Assembly (NCBI GenBank): GCA_964345075.1
Contig: CAYFPS010000005.1
Span: 96,103 to 160,102 of the forward strand
Length of the DNA stretch: 64,000 nt
Source of the DNA: an uncultured Bacteroidaceae bacterium
Lineage (GTDB): Bacteria; CAIWAD01
Direction: 5' to 3'
Position numbers and translations under genes: made by a program. Shown one piece after another: positions 31,019 to 41,150 of this stretch (within the stretch, counting starts at the first letter, position 1; each line of letters begins with the position of its first letter). The notes below the pieces were generated by a model. That model searched no databases, had not been told where the DNA came from, and worked only from the letters and a program-made list of their open reading frames with translations.

Positions 31019-33601
31019 TCATTCAGTCACCTCAATGTCAAAGCTCGCGCGCGTCTCCAGCGCCTGATCCTCATCATCAGGATCATCGGTCACGGTCAGG
31101 CTCACACGCAAGGTTCCGACAAAACCATCAAAGGTCTCGACGGTTACCAGGTTGCCATCAAGGGTAAGCGTATGACCATCATCGCCGCCAGAAACAACAA
31201 TCAGCTCGGCGACAAGCGACAGGCCATCGCCTTCCACATCGCTAATCTCAATCTCGCGGCTGAAGGTATCGCCTGTGACAATCGTCGCGTCCGGCTGCTC
31301 GGCAAAGACAGGTGCGTCATTGACCGAGCGGAAAGTAACCGTGACGGTCTCTTCGTCCATGCCTTCGCTGTTGCTGGCGCTGACGGTCAGGCTCGCGCTG
31401 CCGAACCAGTTGGCTGCAGGGTTGAGCATCAGGTGGCGACCGTCCAGAACCACTTCCAGGTTCTCTTCGTCCGTCGTGGCCGTAAAGGTGAAGTCATTGT
31501 CACCGCCGAAGCTCAGCGCGTTCAGCCAGAGCTCGATGGGCAGGTCTTCATTACTTACCAGGCTGCCGATGGAACCCAGCATCGGGCCGGGATTGTCAAT
31601 CTGGCCCGCACCCCAACCGATGGCCCGGCTGCCGCCCGCTTCGCAGTCTTCGATGCTGCCGCCAAAGGCATAACCGGCACCCAGCGTTACCTGGGTGAAG
31701 TCGTTGCATTCGCCAACATTCCAGTTGGTGGGCATGGCGGCCATGTCATCGCCACCATTGCCGGAGAACCAGTTGACATTGACATCGGGATTGTTGGTGT
31801 CCAGCAATTCACCCAGCGTGGTACCGACGATGCCGGTGGCAATTTCGCTGCCGGAAAAATCGTTGTCGGCGATCAGGTTGTAGCGAATCAGCGGATCGCA
31901 GTTGGCATCCAGCTTGATGCCGCCATAGCCGTTGCCGGCGATGGTGTTCTGCAAAATTTCCACGCCGGGGGCGTCGTGCAGCTTGATGCCGTACTGCTGG
32001 CCACCGGCCACCAGATTGTTCTCGATCTGCGAGAAGTAATCGGTGTTGTAGAAGTAGATGCCGTAGGTGCCAAAGCCCTGGATGTCGCAACCGGAAATGC
32101 GGCCACGAGCGCCGTAGGACATGTAGACCGCAGAAAGGCCCGAGTCACTGAAATCGCAGTCGATCACATTCAGCATGCTGCCGGCGCCACTGGCACTGAC
32201 GCCGTGGCTGTTGGAGTTGCTGAAGCTGCAGTTCTCGACGACAGCCGTAGCACCAGATCGCAGTTCGATCATGCCACCGGCGTTGATCCAGTCCTGACCA
32301 CTGTAGGAGCTTTCGCTACCCAGCGCGAAGTCGCAGTTGGCAAAGTGGGCCGTGCCGCCGTTTTCGCCGTTCACCACCACGCTCTTCCAGGCCGCACCGA
32401 TCTGGCGGTCCGCCGTGGGGCCGAAGTGGCTGTTTTCGGCAACCACGCCACCATCGAAATTCAGGCCATAATAACCGGCAAACTCGACGGTCGAGCTGCT
32501 GAGGGTGACGGGATCGTGGCTGAAGGCATCACAGGTCACCGTGTAAACGGCGTTACCCAGATCGGGATTCTTGATGCGCTTGCGCAGCTCGTTGGCCGCC
32601 TGATTGTAGACGATGGGGCCCACATCCGTGCGCTCGCCGTTGGTGCCATAATCAAAGGCCGTCTGAATGCAGGGGCTGCAGGAATTGAAGGCCTGCGCGT
32701 CCGCCTCGAGCTGGTCGAACTGGGCGTCTTCAATCGAGTTGGCGAAGAGGTCCACCTTGTCATTGGCTTCGTTGCGGCGATAAACTTCATCGCCGTTCAG
32801 GTCGAAACCGATGACATCCACACCCAGCGAATAAGCATCCACATCCACCGTATCCGTATCCCAGGGCTGATGGAACTGGGCGACGGCAAAGTCCGTCGAA
32901 TAGCGGAAAGGCAGGCTGCTGTTGGCACTGACATTGTTGTGCACGATCAGGCTGTCGGAAAGCCAGCCCTCGATGCGGGTCGTGTTGCCCACATGGGTCG
33001 TGTCAAAAACGATGCCCGATCCGTCGTTCTCATAAATGATGTTCGAGCGAATCAGTGGCGTAGCCGTACCCTGCAGGGTGATGCCGTTGTACTGGTTCAG
33101 CCAGATCAGGCAGTGCTCGATCAGCGGGCTGGAATTGGTGCAGGTAACGGCAGCCGTCTTTTCCGGATCCGTGTTGTTGAACTTGGAACCGAAAGCGACC
33201 ATGGCGTAGCGCATGCTGGAAGCATCGCTGCCCTCGCGGAAAACGATACCCTGCCAGAGGCCGTAGTCCTCGTCCAGCTCGTAGCCCAGGAAGCGAACCA
33301 TCGAGCCCAGCTGTCCACGCACATCCAGCGTGCCTTCGACAAAGAGGCTGGTCAGGTTGTTCATGTAGACATCCACGCCGGCTTCAATCACCAGTGTCTG
33401 GCCAGCCGGAACCGTAATGTCGCCGGAAACGAAGTAGGGTGAACCCGCCATGTTCCAGGTGCCACTGACGCTGCCTGATGCAACTTCCGTGGTGTAGGCG
33501 CGGGTGACCACAACCTCGTCCCGCGAACTGGTCGTGCTGTCATCACAGGCAACCAGGAAGATCAGCAGGGTCACCGCGATCAGATTGATATAGGTCTTCA
33601 T
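31019..33601 (-). CDS. Lipoprotein with right-handed parallel beta-helix (PbH1) repeats and a C-terminal cadherin/VCBS-like domain
   Basis: Lipobox LVAC. Repetitive NxxxGN/GI beta-helix rungs (NNLVAGGQQYGIKLHD..., QNTIAGNGYGGIKLD...). Confidence 0.55.
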   Translation of the reverse strand: MKTYINLIAVTLLIFLVACDDSTTSSRDEVVVTRAYTTEVASGSVSGTWNMAGSPYFVSGDITVPAGQTLVIEAGVDVYMNNLTSLFVEGTLDVRGQLGSMVRFLGYELDEDYGLWQGIVFREGSDASSMRYAMVAFGSKFNNTDPEKTAAVTCTNSSPLIEHCLIWLNQYNGITLQGTATPLIRSNIIYENDGSGIVFDTTHVGNTTRIEGWLSDSLIVHNNVSANSSLPFRYSTDFAVAQFHQPWDTDTVDVDAYSLGVDVIGFDLNGDEVYRRNEANDKVDLFANSIEDAQFDQLEADAQAFNSCSPCIQTAFDYGTNGERTDVGPIVYNQAANELRKRIKNPDLGNAVYTVTCDAFSHDPVTLSSSTVEFAGYYGLNFDGGVVAENSHFGPTADRQIGAAWKSVVVNGENGGTAHFANCDFALGSESSYSGQDWINAGGMIELRSGATAVVENCSFSNSNSHGVSASGAGSMLNVIDCDFSDSGLSAVYMSYGARGRISGCDIQGFGTYGIYFYNTDYFSQIENNLVAGGQQYGIKLHDAPGVEILQNTIAGNGYGGIKLDANCDPLIRYNLIADNDFSGSEIATGIVGTTLGELLDTNNPDVNVNWFSGNGGDDMAAMPTNWNVGECNDFTQVTLGAGYAFGGSIEDCEAGGSRAIGWGAGQIDNPGPMLGSIGSLVSNEDLPIELWLNALSFGGDNDFTFTATTDEENLEVVLDGRHLMLNPAANWFGSASLTVSASNSEGMDEETVTVTFRSVNDAPVFAEQPDATIVTGDTFSREIEISDVEGDGLSLVAELIVVSGGDDGHTLTLDGNLVTVETFDGFVGTLRVSLTVTDDPDDEDQALETRASFDIEVTE

Positions 33602-33613
33602 CGATGCTCCCCG

Positions 33614-36600
33614 CTAGAACTTGTAGCCGATCTTCAGCAGCACATTGCGTCCGGCGCTGTACATGCGCGGATTGGCGTCATAAACACCCTTCTCCGGGTA
33701 GTAGAGCACATAGTCCGGATTTTCAGGATGCATGGCCAGATAGGTGCTGCCCGTGGCCGAGTAAAGGTCACGCACGTTGCGCTTGTTGAAGAGATTCTTG
33801 ATCTCCACACCCGTCACCAGCTGGTGCTGGCCGGATCCGCCCAGACGGAAGTACTTCTCGAACTTCATGTCGGTCTTTTCCGTCCAGGGCATGCGCTCGG
33901 AGTTGATATCGATCTTCGCATCGTTGTCCACATCCTCCGTGTAGCGGGAAGGCGTGTAGGGCCGGCCGCTACCGAAGGCGGTGGAAACACTCAGCATCCA
34001 GTCGTCAAAGAGCTTGATGCCGAAGAGTTCCAGGTGCTCGCCCTTGTCGTAGTAGAGGGCCGTGTAGGCGTTGATGCTGTGGGTCTGGTCCCAGCCCAGC
34101 GGATGCTCTTCACGGTTGACCGGCACACCGGCCACGCGGGCTTCAGCAGCCTCGGTGGCGGCAGAGGCCTTACCGTAAGCAAAGCTCAGCTCGTAGTTCA
34201 GCGACATGCTGTAGTGGGCGGCGGCCTTCTCGACATTCAGGCTGACGCCACGGGCGCGGCCATAGTCACCATTGGTGTAGATGTCGATGGTGTAACCGGG
34301 AGTCACTTCCACATTGGTGGAGGTCACCTGATCGAAAATGTCGCGGTAATAACCCTGCACGTTGATGGTCGTGCCCCAGTCCGGAATGCGGGCCTCGACA
34401 CCAAACTGGTACTCGACCGTCTTCTCGTACTTGAGGTTCGGGTTACCCACAATAATGCTGTTGGCACGGGCACCGGTAGCTTCCTGGTAGTAGTACTGGT
34501 AGCTGGGCGCCTGATAGAAGTGACCGTAGTTGAAGTAGAGCTTGGCCGTTTCCGTAATAGGATGGCTGATACCCAGACGCGGGCTGAAGCGACCGGTGGT
34601 CTGCTCGGCCTCGATGGCACCCGGATAACCGGCATTGGCTTCATCGCGCGTTTCGCTGACGAAGTTGTCTTCGTGAATCAGGAAGTCGTAGCGCAGGCCG
34701 ATCAGAACATTCAGTCCCTCGAACTCCATCTTGTCGCGGAAGTAAACAGCGCCTTCCCACGGCTTCCGGTGATAGAAGTCACGGAAGTTACCACGATCGG
34801 GATAGGGGCTGTCATCCGGCAGCGGAATAAAGCCGTCGTAGGGGATCTGCGGTTCTTCAATGGACTGCATTTCCATGTCGCGGTAAAGCAGCTCCACGCC
34901 GGTCAGAAGGTCGTGGTAGCGGTTGGCCTGCAGCTGATACTCGGTCTTGAGCGAGTAGGTGATGGAACGACGCTCCTGCCACAGGGCCTGCGTGTCAAAG
35001 GTCTCAGGATTCAGGAAGAAGTCGTAGTTGCCTTCCTGACCATACTGGGCACCCCAGTCGGCGAGGAATGCCGAATTCTGGGACAAGCCACCATCCTGCA
35101 CGCCATTGGCATTGTAGTCGGTAAAGGGCTCCCACTCTTCCCAGGTGGTGTTGGGCGGATCGAAGTAGCTGCCACCCAGCATGGCCGACATTTCCGGATT
35201 GTCACTGCGGTTACTCCAGGTAGCCTCGGCCGCCTGCTGATAGAGAGCCGCACCGGTGGGCCAGTCTGCGCCGTTCATGGCGGGATTGAAATTGTAAATC
35301 ACGGGACGACTTACATCCATCACGCTGCCCTGGAAGTGGGCATTGTCAATCAGGTCCTGCGGGACACCGGCGATATCGCGCACGCCGCCATCACGCTCGG
35401 TGGGATTGCCACCGGTCACAGAGGAAGGATTGAAGTAGAAGGGGTCCACCATGAAACCGGCATAGCTGGTGAACAATTCGTACTCATCGAACTCGAAGTC
35501 GGGTCCGTCATAATGGCCGTTCAGACCGGGCTCGGGCATGGGCACGCTGGGATCGCCACGACGCAACCAGCGCATGAAGGCACCTTCCGTTGAGGGCAGA
35601 TCGAAATAGATCTCGCCTTCATCCCAGATGCCGTTGTACTGGCCGGTGAGCGGATCGGGCTCATCGATAAAGGGCTCGCCCGTATCCCAGAAATAGTCAC
35701 CATCAACAAAGGGCTCGGGCAGGTCTTCATCCGTGTCGCGCACGTCCTTGAAGTTGATGCGGCCGTCGCCATTGATGTCGTCATAACCTTCGGCCATGAC
35801 AATGCCGTCGCCATCCGAGTCCACCAGCGGCTCGCCCAGATCCCAGACACCGTTGCCGTTCAGGTCTTCAAAGTCGTCGATCCAGCCGTTCCAGACACCG
35901 TCGCCGTTCACATCCTGGAAGCGCTCGCCGTCCCAGTGACCGTTGTGATTGGTGTCCTGCTCGGGGGTCTGCGGCTCGGCATCGTCCCAGCGGCCGTTGC
36001 CGTTCATGTCCACATAGGAATCCCAGGGATCGTAACCGGGATTGTTTTCGCCGGTGGTGGGATTGGGCAGATTGACATAGGGCTCGGCGGCATCGTAGAC
36101 ACCGTTGCCGTTCAGGTCCACCCAGTCTTCGCCACGATCCCACATACCATTACGGTTAATGTCTTCGTAGCCTTCCGAGAAAATCGGGTTGCCGTTTTCG
36201 TCGTAGTAGAAGCCATCGTAGGCGCCACTGTTGTTGGCGTCCACATAACCGTCGAAGTAGCCGTTGCCATCCAGATCCTGGAAGCCGAGGAAGGCTGCCT
36301 TGTCGTCTTCCTGCGCGCGCTCCTGGCTGGAGAATTCGAGCATGAAGTCATCGGGATTGCGGTCGGCCGGCGTAATCAGCGTGCGGGTTTCGCTGCGGTA
36401 AAGCACCGCCTCGAAACTCGACTGCTCGCTTAAGGCGGTCGTGTAGGTCAGCGAGAGGGCGTTACGGTTCACCTCGGCGCGCGGACGATTTCGCACGTTA
36501 TAGAGGTAGGGATAACCGTAGTTGCCGCTGGCCGCACCTTCGCCTTCGGGATAAAGATCCCAGCGGCGATAGTAGCGCTCACCGAAAACCTTGAGCTTGG

Positions 36601-37630
36601 AATTGGCCGTAAGCGGGAAGGCGAGGTTCAGCGAAGCCTGATACTCGTTCTTCTGACGCTCGGGCAGATCCAGACCCAGGTTCAGGTAATTCCAGCTGCC
36701 ACGATCCACATCGTAGGGCAGGTAGGTGTCGGTCAGGTAGGCGCGACCACTGAAGAAGAAGGTGGCCCGGCTGTACTTGTCCTTGCCGCCCTGGAAGGGC
36801 AGCGGACCGCCGTAGGTCACATTCAGATGGTCGGTGTTGAAGCTGAAGGCGTCAATGGCCTGGTCGGTCTGGTACTCGACCTTTCCGTGATAGGCATCGT
36901 TGTCACCCTCACGGGTGGAGACCTTGATCACGGCCGCCTGCGCCTGTCCGTACTCGGGGCCGAAACCACCGGAGAGCACGTCCAGCTGCTCGATGTTGGC
37001 CACGTCCAGGTTGACGAAGCTCTGGCCACCGACCAGCGGATCACGGGCGTCGATACCGTTAATCACGAATTTCGTCTCCGTGTCACGGCCACCGCGGGCG
37101 TGAATCTTGCCTTCGTCATCCAGCTTGAAGCCAGGCATCTTGGCCACGATGTCCGTGGCGTCGGTCGCAACGGCGCGCTCGATTTCCTCGGCGCTCACCG
37201 TCAGCGTCTGACCGGCCTGGTCAAGCTTGATGGCGTCCTTCTTGGCCACCACACGGACCTCTTCCAGCTCGAAGCTGGACTGGGTCAGCTTGATGGCGCC
37301 CAGGTCCGTGTTCAGGTCACGCGTGATCACCACATCGGTGACCGTGATCGTGTGATACAGGACGTGGGTGATTTCCACTTCATACGTGCCGATCGGAACC
37401 TGTGCGATAAAGAAATTACCGTCCAGATCCGTGGCGGCGCCCTTCGCCGGCTGGCTTTCCAGGACAACCACATTGGCACCAATCACCGGCTCGCCGGAGT
37501 TGGCATCAATGATCTTGCCCTTGATTTTTCCCGTGTCCGCTGCATGCAGGTTAGTGGCAAACAGCACCACGGACAGGATCAGCCCAAACCACGAAGGCAG
37601 GTGCAAACGATTCGGGGAGCTACCCTTCAT
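33614..37630 (-). CDS. Giant TonB-dependent receptor (SusC-like: CarbopepD_reg + plug + barrel) with an internal calcium-binding repeat insertion
   Basis: Signal peptide, GKIIDANSGEPVIGANVVV (carboxypeptidase-regulatory-like), plug motifs, and a C-terminal ...LLKIGYKF ending in Phe. The internal DxNGNGxxD / DxDGDG repeats resemble thrombospondin type-3 repeats. Confidence 0.7.
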   Translation of the reverse strand: MKGSSPNRLHLPSWFGLILSVVLFATNLHAADTGKIKGKIIDANSGEPVIGANVVVLESQPAKGAATDLDGNFFIAQVPIGTYEVEITHVLYHTITVTDVVITRDLNTDLGAIKLTQSSFELEEVRVVAKKDAIKLDQAGQTLTVSAEEIERAVATDATDIVAKMPGFKLDDEGKIHARGGRDTETKFVINGIDARDPLVGGQSFVNLDVANIEQLDVLSGGFGPEYGQAQAAVIKVSTREGDNDAYHGKVEYQTDQAIDAFSFNTDHLNVTYGGPLPFQGGKDKYSRATFFFSGRAYLTDTYLPYDVDRGSWNYLNLGLDLPERQKNEYQASLNLAFPLTANSKLKVFGERYYRRWDLYPEGEGAASGNYGYPYLYNVRNRPRAEVNRNALSLTYTTALSEQSSFEAVLYRSETRTLITPADRNPDDFMLEFSSQERAQEDDKAAFLGFQDLDGNGYFDGYVDANNSGAYDGFYYDENGNPIFSEGYEDINRNGMWDRGEDWVDLNGNGVYDAAEPYVNLPNPTTGENNPGYDPWDSYVDMNGNGRWDDAEPQTPEQDTNHNGHWDGERFQDVNGDGVWNGWIDDFEDLNGNGVWDLGEPLVDSDGDGIVMAEGYDDINGDGRINFKDVRDTDEDLPEPFVDGDYFWDTGEPFIDEPDPLTGQYNGIWDEGEIYFDLPSTEGAFMRWLRRGDPSVPMPEPGLNGHYDGPDFEFDEYELFTSYAGFMVDPFYFNPSSVTGGNPTERDGGVRDIAGVPQDLIDNAHFQGSVMDVSRPVIYNFNPAMNGADWPTGAALYQQAAEATWSNRSDNPEMSAMLGGSYFDPPNTTWEEWEPFTDYNANGVQDGGLSQNSAFLADWGAQYGQEGNYDFFLNPETFDTQALWQERRSITYSLKTEYQLQANRYHDLLTGVELLYRDMEMQSIEEPQIPYDGFIPLPDDSPYPDRGNFRDFYHRKPWEGAVYFRDKMEFEGLNVLIGLRYDFLIHEDNFVSETRDEANAGYPGAIEAEQTTGRFSPRLGISHPITETAKLYFNYGHFYQAPSYQYYYQEATGARANSIIVGNPNLKYEKTVEYQFGVEARIPDWGTTINVQGYYRDIFDQVTSTNVEVTPGYTIDIYTNGDYGRARGVSLNVEKAAAHYSMSLNYELSFAYGKASAATEAAEARVAGVPVNREEHPLGWDQTHSINAYTALYYDKGEHLELFGIKLFDDWMLSVSTAFGSGRPYTPSRYTEDVDNDAKIDINSERMPWTEKTDMKFEKYFRLGGSGQHQLVTGVEIKNLFNKRNVRDLYSATGSTYLAMHPENPDYVLYYPEKGVYDANPRMYSAGRNVLLKIGYKF

Positions 37631-37650
37631 TCTGCGCTCCAGTGTCTTCT

Positions 37651-37692
37651 GTTGTAGGAAGAGTGACAAGCAATTTGTCAACCTACCAAAAG
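37651..37692 (-). promoter_or_regulatory. Candidate sigma-70-like promoter of the TBDR operon (-35 TTGACA, 19 bp spacer, -10 TACAAC)
   Basis: Read on the minus strand about 20 nt upstream of the ATG at 37630. The long spacer and weak -10 make this tentative. Confidence 0.25.
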
Positions 37693-37972
37693 CCCATCCT
37701 GAAGTCAAGACAAGGAAGCTTCCAAAACGGAGGCTATCTTGTTGACAATCAATGACTTTGATAAGTTTCGGGTTCCACAGGCCAAGATTGCATATCTCGT
37801 GCCAACTCTCTTGAGCGTAATTATTTTTCACTACCACGGTGTATATTTAATGGATGCAGAGTATTTGGCATGCCTGCCCGGTGCCGGTGCTCACACTTCA
37901 CGTCAAAAAAGCAAAACAGGTGTTGTGGTGAGACTGTCGCGGAAGCTCGAGTGTGTACGGTTTCTTACACCG

Positions 37973-39013
37973 TCACTCCATCTCGCCGCCTTGTGTCCGC
38001 GCTGTCAAATCGCGATAGCGTGTAAAAAGGCTGCGCACGATCTGTTCCTGATCGCCCGGATCCAGATTGCGAAAAACCAGATGCATGCGTGACATGTCAC
38101 GGATTTTGGAGAGATGAAGCAGTTCCGCCTGCAACATGATCTGCCGATTCTGCGCCTGCAGCAGAAAGCCGATGCGCGCCCCGCGTGGAGGAGGATTGCT
38201 GGTAGCAATGGCTGCACCGCTGCCGGAGAGATTGATGATGCGACCGCTCCTGGAATTGAGCTGGCTGGAGTCCACTTCGCCGGGAATCGAGTAGACGCGG
38301 AAATCAACCGGAATATCCACATCCACACGCCAGAATTCGCGCAGCTGCCGAACCTTGAAGGCCCCTTGCTTTGCGTGCTTCAGGATCAGCTCGCCGGGAT
38401 GCGAACGCTCGACCTCGCAGGCGGCGTGATACATGGCTTCCGGACGCGGGTAGTATAGCCCGACTTCCCGTCCGGCCGGCATCAGGGGCATCTGTGATCC
38501 GCGGTTTCCAATGTGGATATGCTGGATTCCGATGGAGGTTACAATGCCGGGAATCACATCCTGCCGGCCCGAGTGATGCACCACAACATTGATGCTGGCA
38601 CCCGGCAACAGATCACGCGTGCTGGCCGGAGCCAGATTACCGGAATGGCTGTGATACAAGGTTTCGTGAATGCGACCAATGGATTCAACCAGCTCCGCAC
38701 TGGGATCGCTCAGCTCGTCCAGACCATCCAGCCAGACATTGAAGAGCGAGGGGTTGCCCAGCAGGCGGTCGGGGTTTTCCGGACAGACATCATCCAGCGC
38801 CCGCTCCACCAGCAGCCAGTCCTTGTTGAGCAGGCCTTCGCGGATATAGCGCCGCTTGAGATTCTTGCGATGGTTGCGGGCCTTCAGGTGTTCGGCGTAA
38901 AGGTGATAGGCAATCGGAAAGAGGATGCTTAAGAGCACGAGCAGGGAAAAAGCAATCACGGCGCCTTCCATCGAAGACCTGAAATGTGATTGAATCTGAT
39001 TCCAGAAGTTCAT
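37973..39013 (-). CDS. Membrane-anchored PilZ-domain protein (putative c-di-GMP receptor)
   Basis: N-terminal transmembrane helix. RQLREFWR ... INLSGSGAAI matches the PilZ RxxxR / DxSxxG motifs. Confidence 0.45.
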   Translation of the reverse strand: MNFWNQIQSHFRSSMEGAVIAFSLLVLLSILFPIAYHLYAEHLKARNHRKNLKRRYIREGLLNKDWLLVERALDDVCPENPDRLLGNPSLFNVWLDGLDELSDPSAELVESIGRIHETLYHSHSGNLAPASTRDLLPGASINVVVHHSGRQDVIPGIVTSIGIQHIHIGNRGSQMPLMPAGREVGLYYPRPEAMYHAACEVERSHPGELILKHAKQGAFKVRQLREFWRVDVDIPVDFRVYSIPGEVDSSQLNSRSGRIINLSGSGAAIATSNPPPRGARIGFLLQAQNRQIMLQAELLHLSKIRDMSRMHLVFRNLDPGDQEQIVRSLFTRYRDLTARTQGGEME

Positions 39014-39075
39014 GCGCCGGACCCGTTTTGCCTACTCTATCGGAGCGCCTCGCAGAAGCTTGATTCACGGAATCG

Positions 39076-39912
39076 CTAGCGGGCCTCGATTTCCGTTTTG
39101 ATCTCCAGCCTGCTTTTCGACTGAGCCCGCCACTGGCCTTTCTGGCCCTTGAGCTCGATGCTCAGATGGCTGCTTTGCTCGTGCCTGATAGTGTGATTCA
39201 GCTTGCGGTCGAAAAGGCTGTAACCGCCACCTTCCGCATGCATTTGAATCTCCAGACCTTCCACTTCTTCCGGAATCACCTGAAGCCGAATGGCGTAGCG
39301 TGCCTGCTGGTTGTCAAGGCTTTCAAGCTCAACGCTTCGCACTTCCCGCCAGCGCACCTGATAGGGGCCCAGTGTCATTTGCTGAAGGCGCTCATTGCGG
39401 ACCGAGTCACCCACCTGCATGGCCGGCGGAACATCCCTCAGCGATGACTGCAGTAGTGCCAGCGTGTTCTGCATGTGTGCCGAAACTTCATCCGGATTCA
39501 GCTGAACCCGATTGCTGTCGGGCTGATAGTCGTTCAGGTAGTAAAGGCTGTCCAGCTGAAGGCTGTCGGCATCAGGCAGGCATGTCGCCCTTAAAAGCCA
39601 GCCGCCCAGATCGGCGCTGACATCGCCCTTTCCGCTGCTGGTACGGTATTCAGGCATGCTGATGCTCAGCTTGAAGGCCTTGTCGCCCGCATCAGTCTGA
39701 ATCAACTGCTCGCTGAAGAGGCTTCGCTCGTCCGAAAAATCCTCGACATACTGCCCGCTGCTGTCTGCGCGGACTTCCAGCGTCAGTGTGTTCTGCATGC
39801 TGACAACGGTCGTGTACTCATGATCGGGAAGCAGGCGGCGGTCCTGCTGAAAGGTCTGGGGCTTCGGCGAGCAGGCAGCCAGAGCAAGCAGGAACAGAAA
39901 CAGTGCCCTCAT
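39076..39912 (-). CDS. Lipoprotein of unknown function
   Basis: Lipobox LALAACS. Confidence 0.5.
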   Translation of the reverse strand: MRALFLFLLALAACSPKPQTFQQDRRLLPDHEYTTVVSMQNTLTLEVRADSSGQYVEDFSDERSLFSEQLIQTDAGDKAFKLSISMPEYRTSSGKGDVSADLGGWLLRATCLPDADSLQLDSLYYLNDYQPDSNRVQLNPDEVSAHMQNTLALLQSSLRDVPPAMQVGDSVRNERLQQMTLGPYQVRWREVRSVELESLDNQQARYAIRLQVIPEEVEGLEIQMHAEGGGYSLFDRKLNHTIRHEQSSHLSIELKGQKGQWRAQSKSRLEIKTEIEAR

Positions 39913-41099
39913 GCGCGGCCCCGCAGCCGGTCGGCAAGTCCGTTCATTTCTGCTGCAAACTCTTCGTCCGTATCGAGGCGATGCTTGAAGAGAACTACCA
40001 CGGAAGCCACAATCCAGGCGACAACAGCCGACACCAGCACCATGATCGTGCGCCGGGGCTTGATGCGCTTCTCGGCCAGACGCGGCGGATCCAGCACTTT
40101 CAGGACGGGAATATCCTTTGCCTCTTCGATCTTGGCACTCTCCAGCTGCGGCAGCATGAAAAGCAGCTTTTGATTGGCAATCTCCAGCTCGCGCTTGTGG
40201 CGGAGAAATTCCATGCTGGCGGTGGGCAGCTTGTTGATGGCGATAAAGAGCTCGCTGTCACCGCTTTCGTAGGTCTCGCGGCGCATTTCGCGAATGCTTG
40301 ACAGCTCCCGCTCGAGCCTGAGGATTTCCGGGTGCCCCTTGCCGAAATTCTGGCGTGCCAGCTCCAGCTCGAGTTCCTTCAGAGCTTCCTGCCCCTTGAT
40401 CGCGGCGTATTCTTCCAGAATCACGCGGGCCTGCTGTTCGGGTTCAACCAGTCGGCTTTCCTGCTGAAAGGTCAACATGGCCGATTCCAGACTGTCCAGC
40501 TCGAAGCGCAGACGCCGGACTTCGCCTTCAATGAAGCCTCGATTGTTGGCCGCCTGCCGCGTATTCAGCTCGCGGTTGATTTCTTCAAGGCGCGCAATCT
40601 GCCACTCGGCAATGGCCAGTGCGATCTGCGGATCCTCGTCCCGGGCCGCCAGCTCGATCATGCCCGTTTCCATGTTGAAACTGGCAAAGATCATCTCGGC
40701 GGCTTCTTCCAGCACTTCCTCGATCTCTACATCTTCCTGCTCGTAGCGGCTGCGCAAATCGAAGCGCTCGATGGCTTCCTCCAGCACCATGCGGCTGTTG
40801 AGGATGGTCACGAAGTAGGTACCGTCACCGGACATGCCAAGCCCGCCCAGATCAGCGAGCATGCCCGCCATGGGCAGACTGCTCAGCATGCCCATCATCG
40901 CATTGCCACCAGCCGCCGGCGGCATGATCACGGCGCGTGATTCAAAAGTCTTGTCCATCACCAGGCTGTAGATCGCGGTCGAGACCGTGCTGACAAGCAT
41001 GATCCAGATGACCAGCTTGCGGAATCCTGCCATGATGCTCAAATAGGAAACGACTGCGTTTCCGCTCTGCGGGCTTTGCGACACGGGATGTCCTTCCAC
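39909..41099 (-). CDS. Wzz/GumC-like polysaccharide chain-length determinant protein
   Basis: N- and C-terminal transmembrane helices flank a long coiled-coil periplasmic region. Confidence 0.5.
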   Translation of the reverse strand: MEGHPVSQSPQSGNAVVSYLSIMAGFRKLVIWIMLVSTVSTAIYSLVMDKTFESRAVIMPPAAGGNAMMGMLSSLPMAGMLADLGGLGMSGDGTYFVTILNSRMVLEEAIERFDLRSRYEQEDVEIEEVLEEAAEMIFASFNMETGMIELAARDEDPQIALAIAEWQIARLEEINRELNTRQAANNRGFIEGEVRRLRFELDSLESAMLTFQQESRLVEPEQQARVILEEYAAIKGQEALKELELELARQNFGKGHPEILRLERELSSIREMRRETYESGDSELFIAINKLPTASMEFLRHKRELEIANQKLLFMLPQLESAKIEEAKDIPVLKVLDPPRLAEKRIKPRRTIMVLVSAVVAWIVASVVVLFKHRLDTDEEFAAEMNGLADRLRGRA

Positions 41100-41150
41100 T
41101 CTTCAGTGAACCTGAAAAGGTAGGATTGAAGCTCTTGCATGGCAAGATGA

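Noticed and set aside
37700-37972. Possible small gene or terminator in the AT-richer 270 bp downstream of the PilZ gene
   Set aside because: There is no convincing stem-loop plus T-tract, and no ORF with an RBS. It is more likely the promoter and leader of the TonB-receptor operon.
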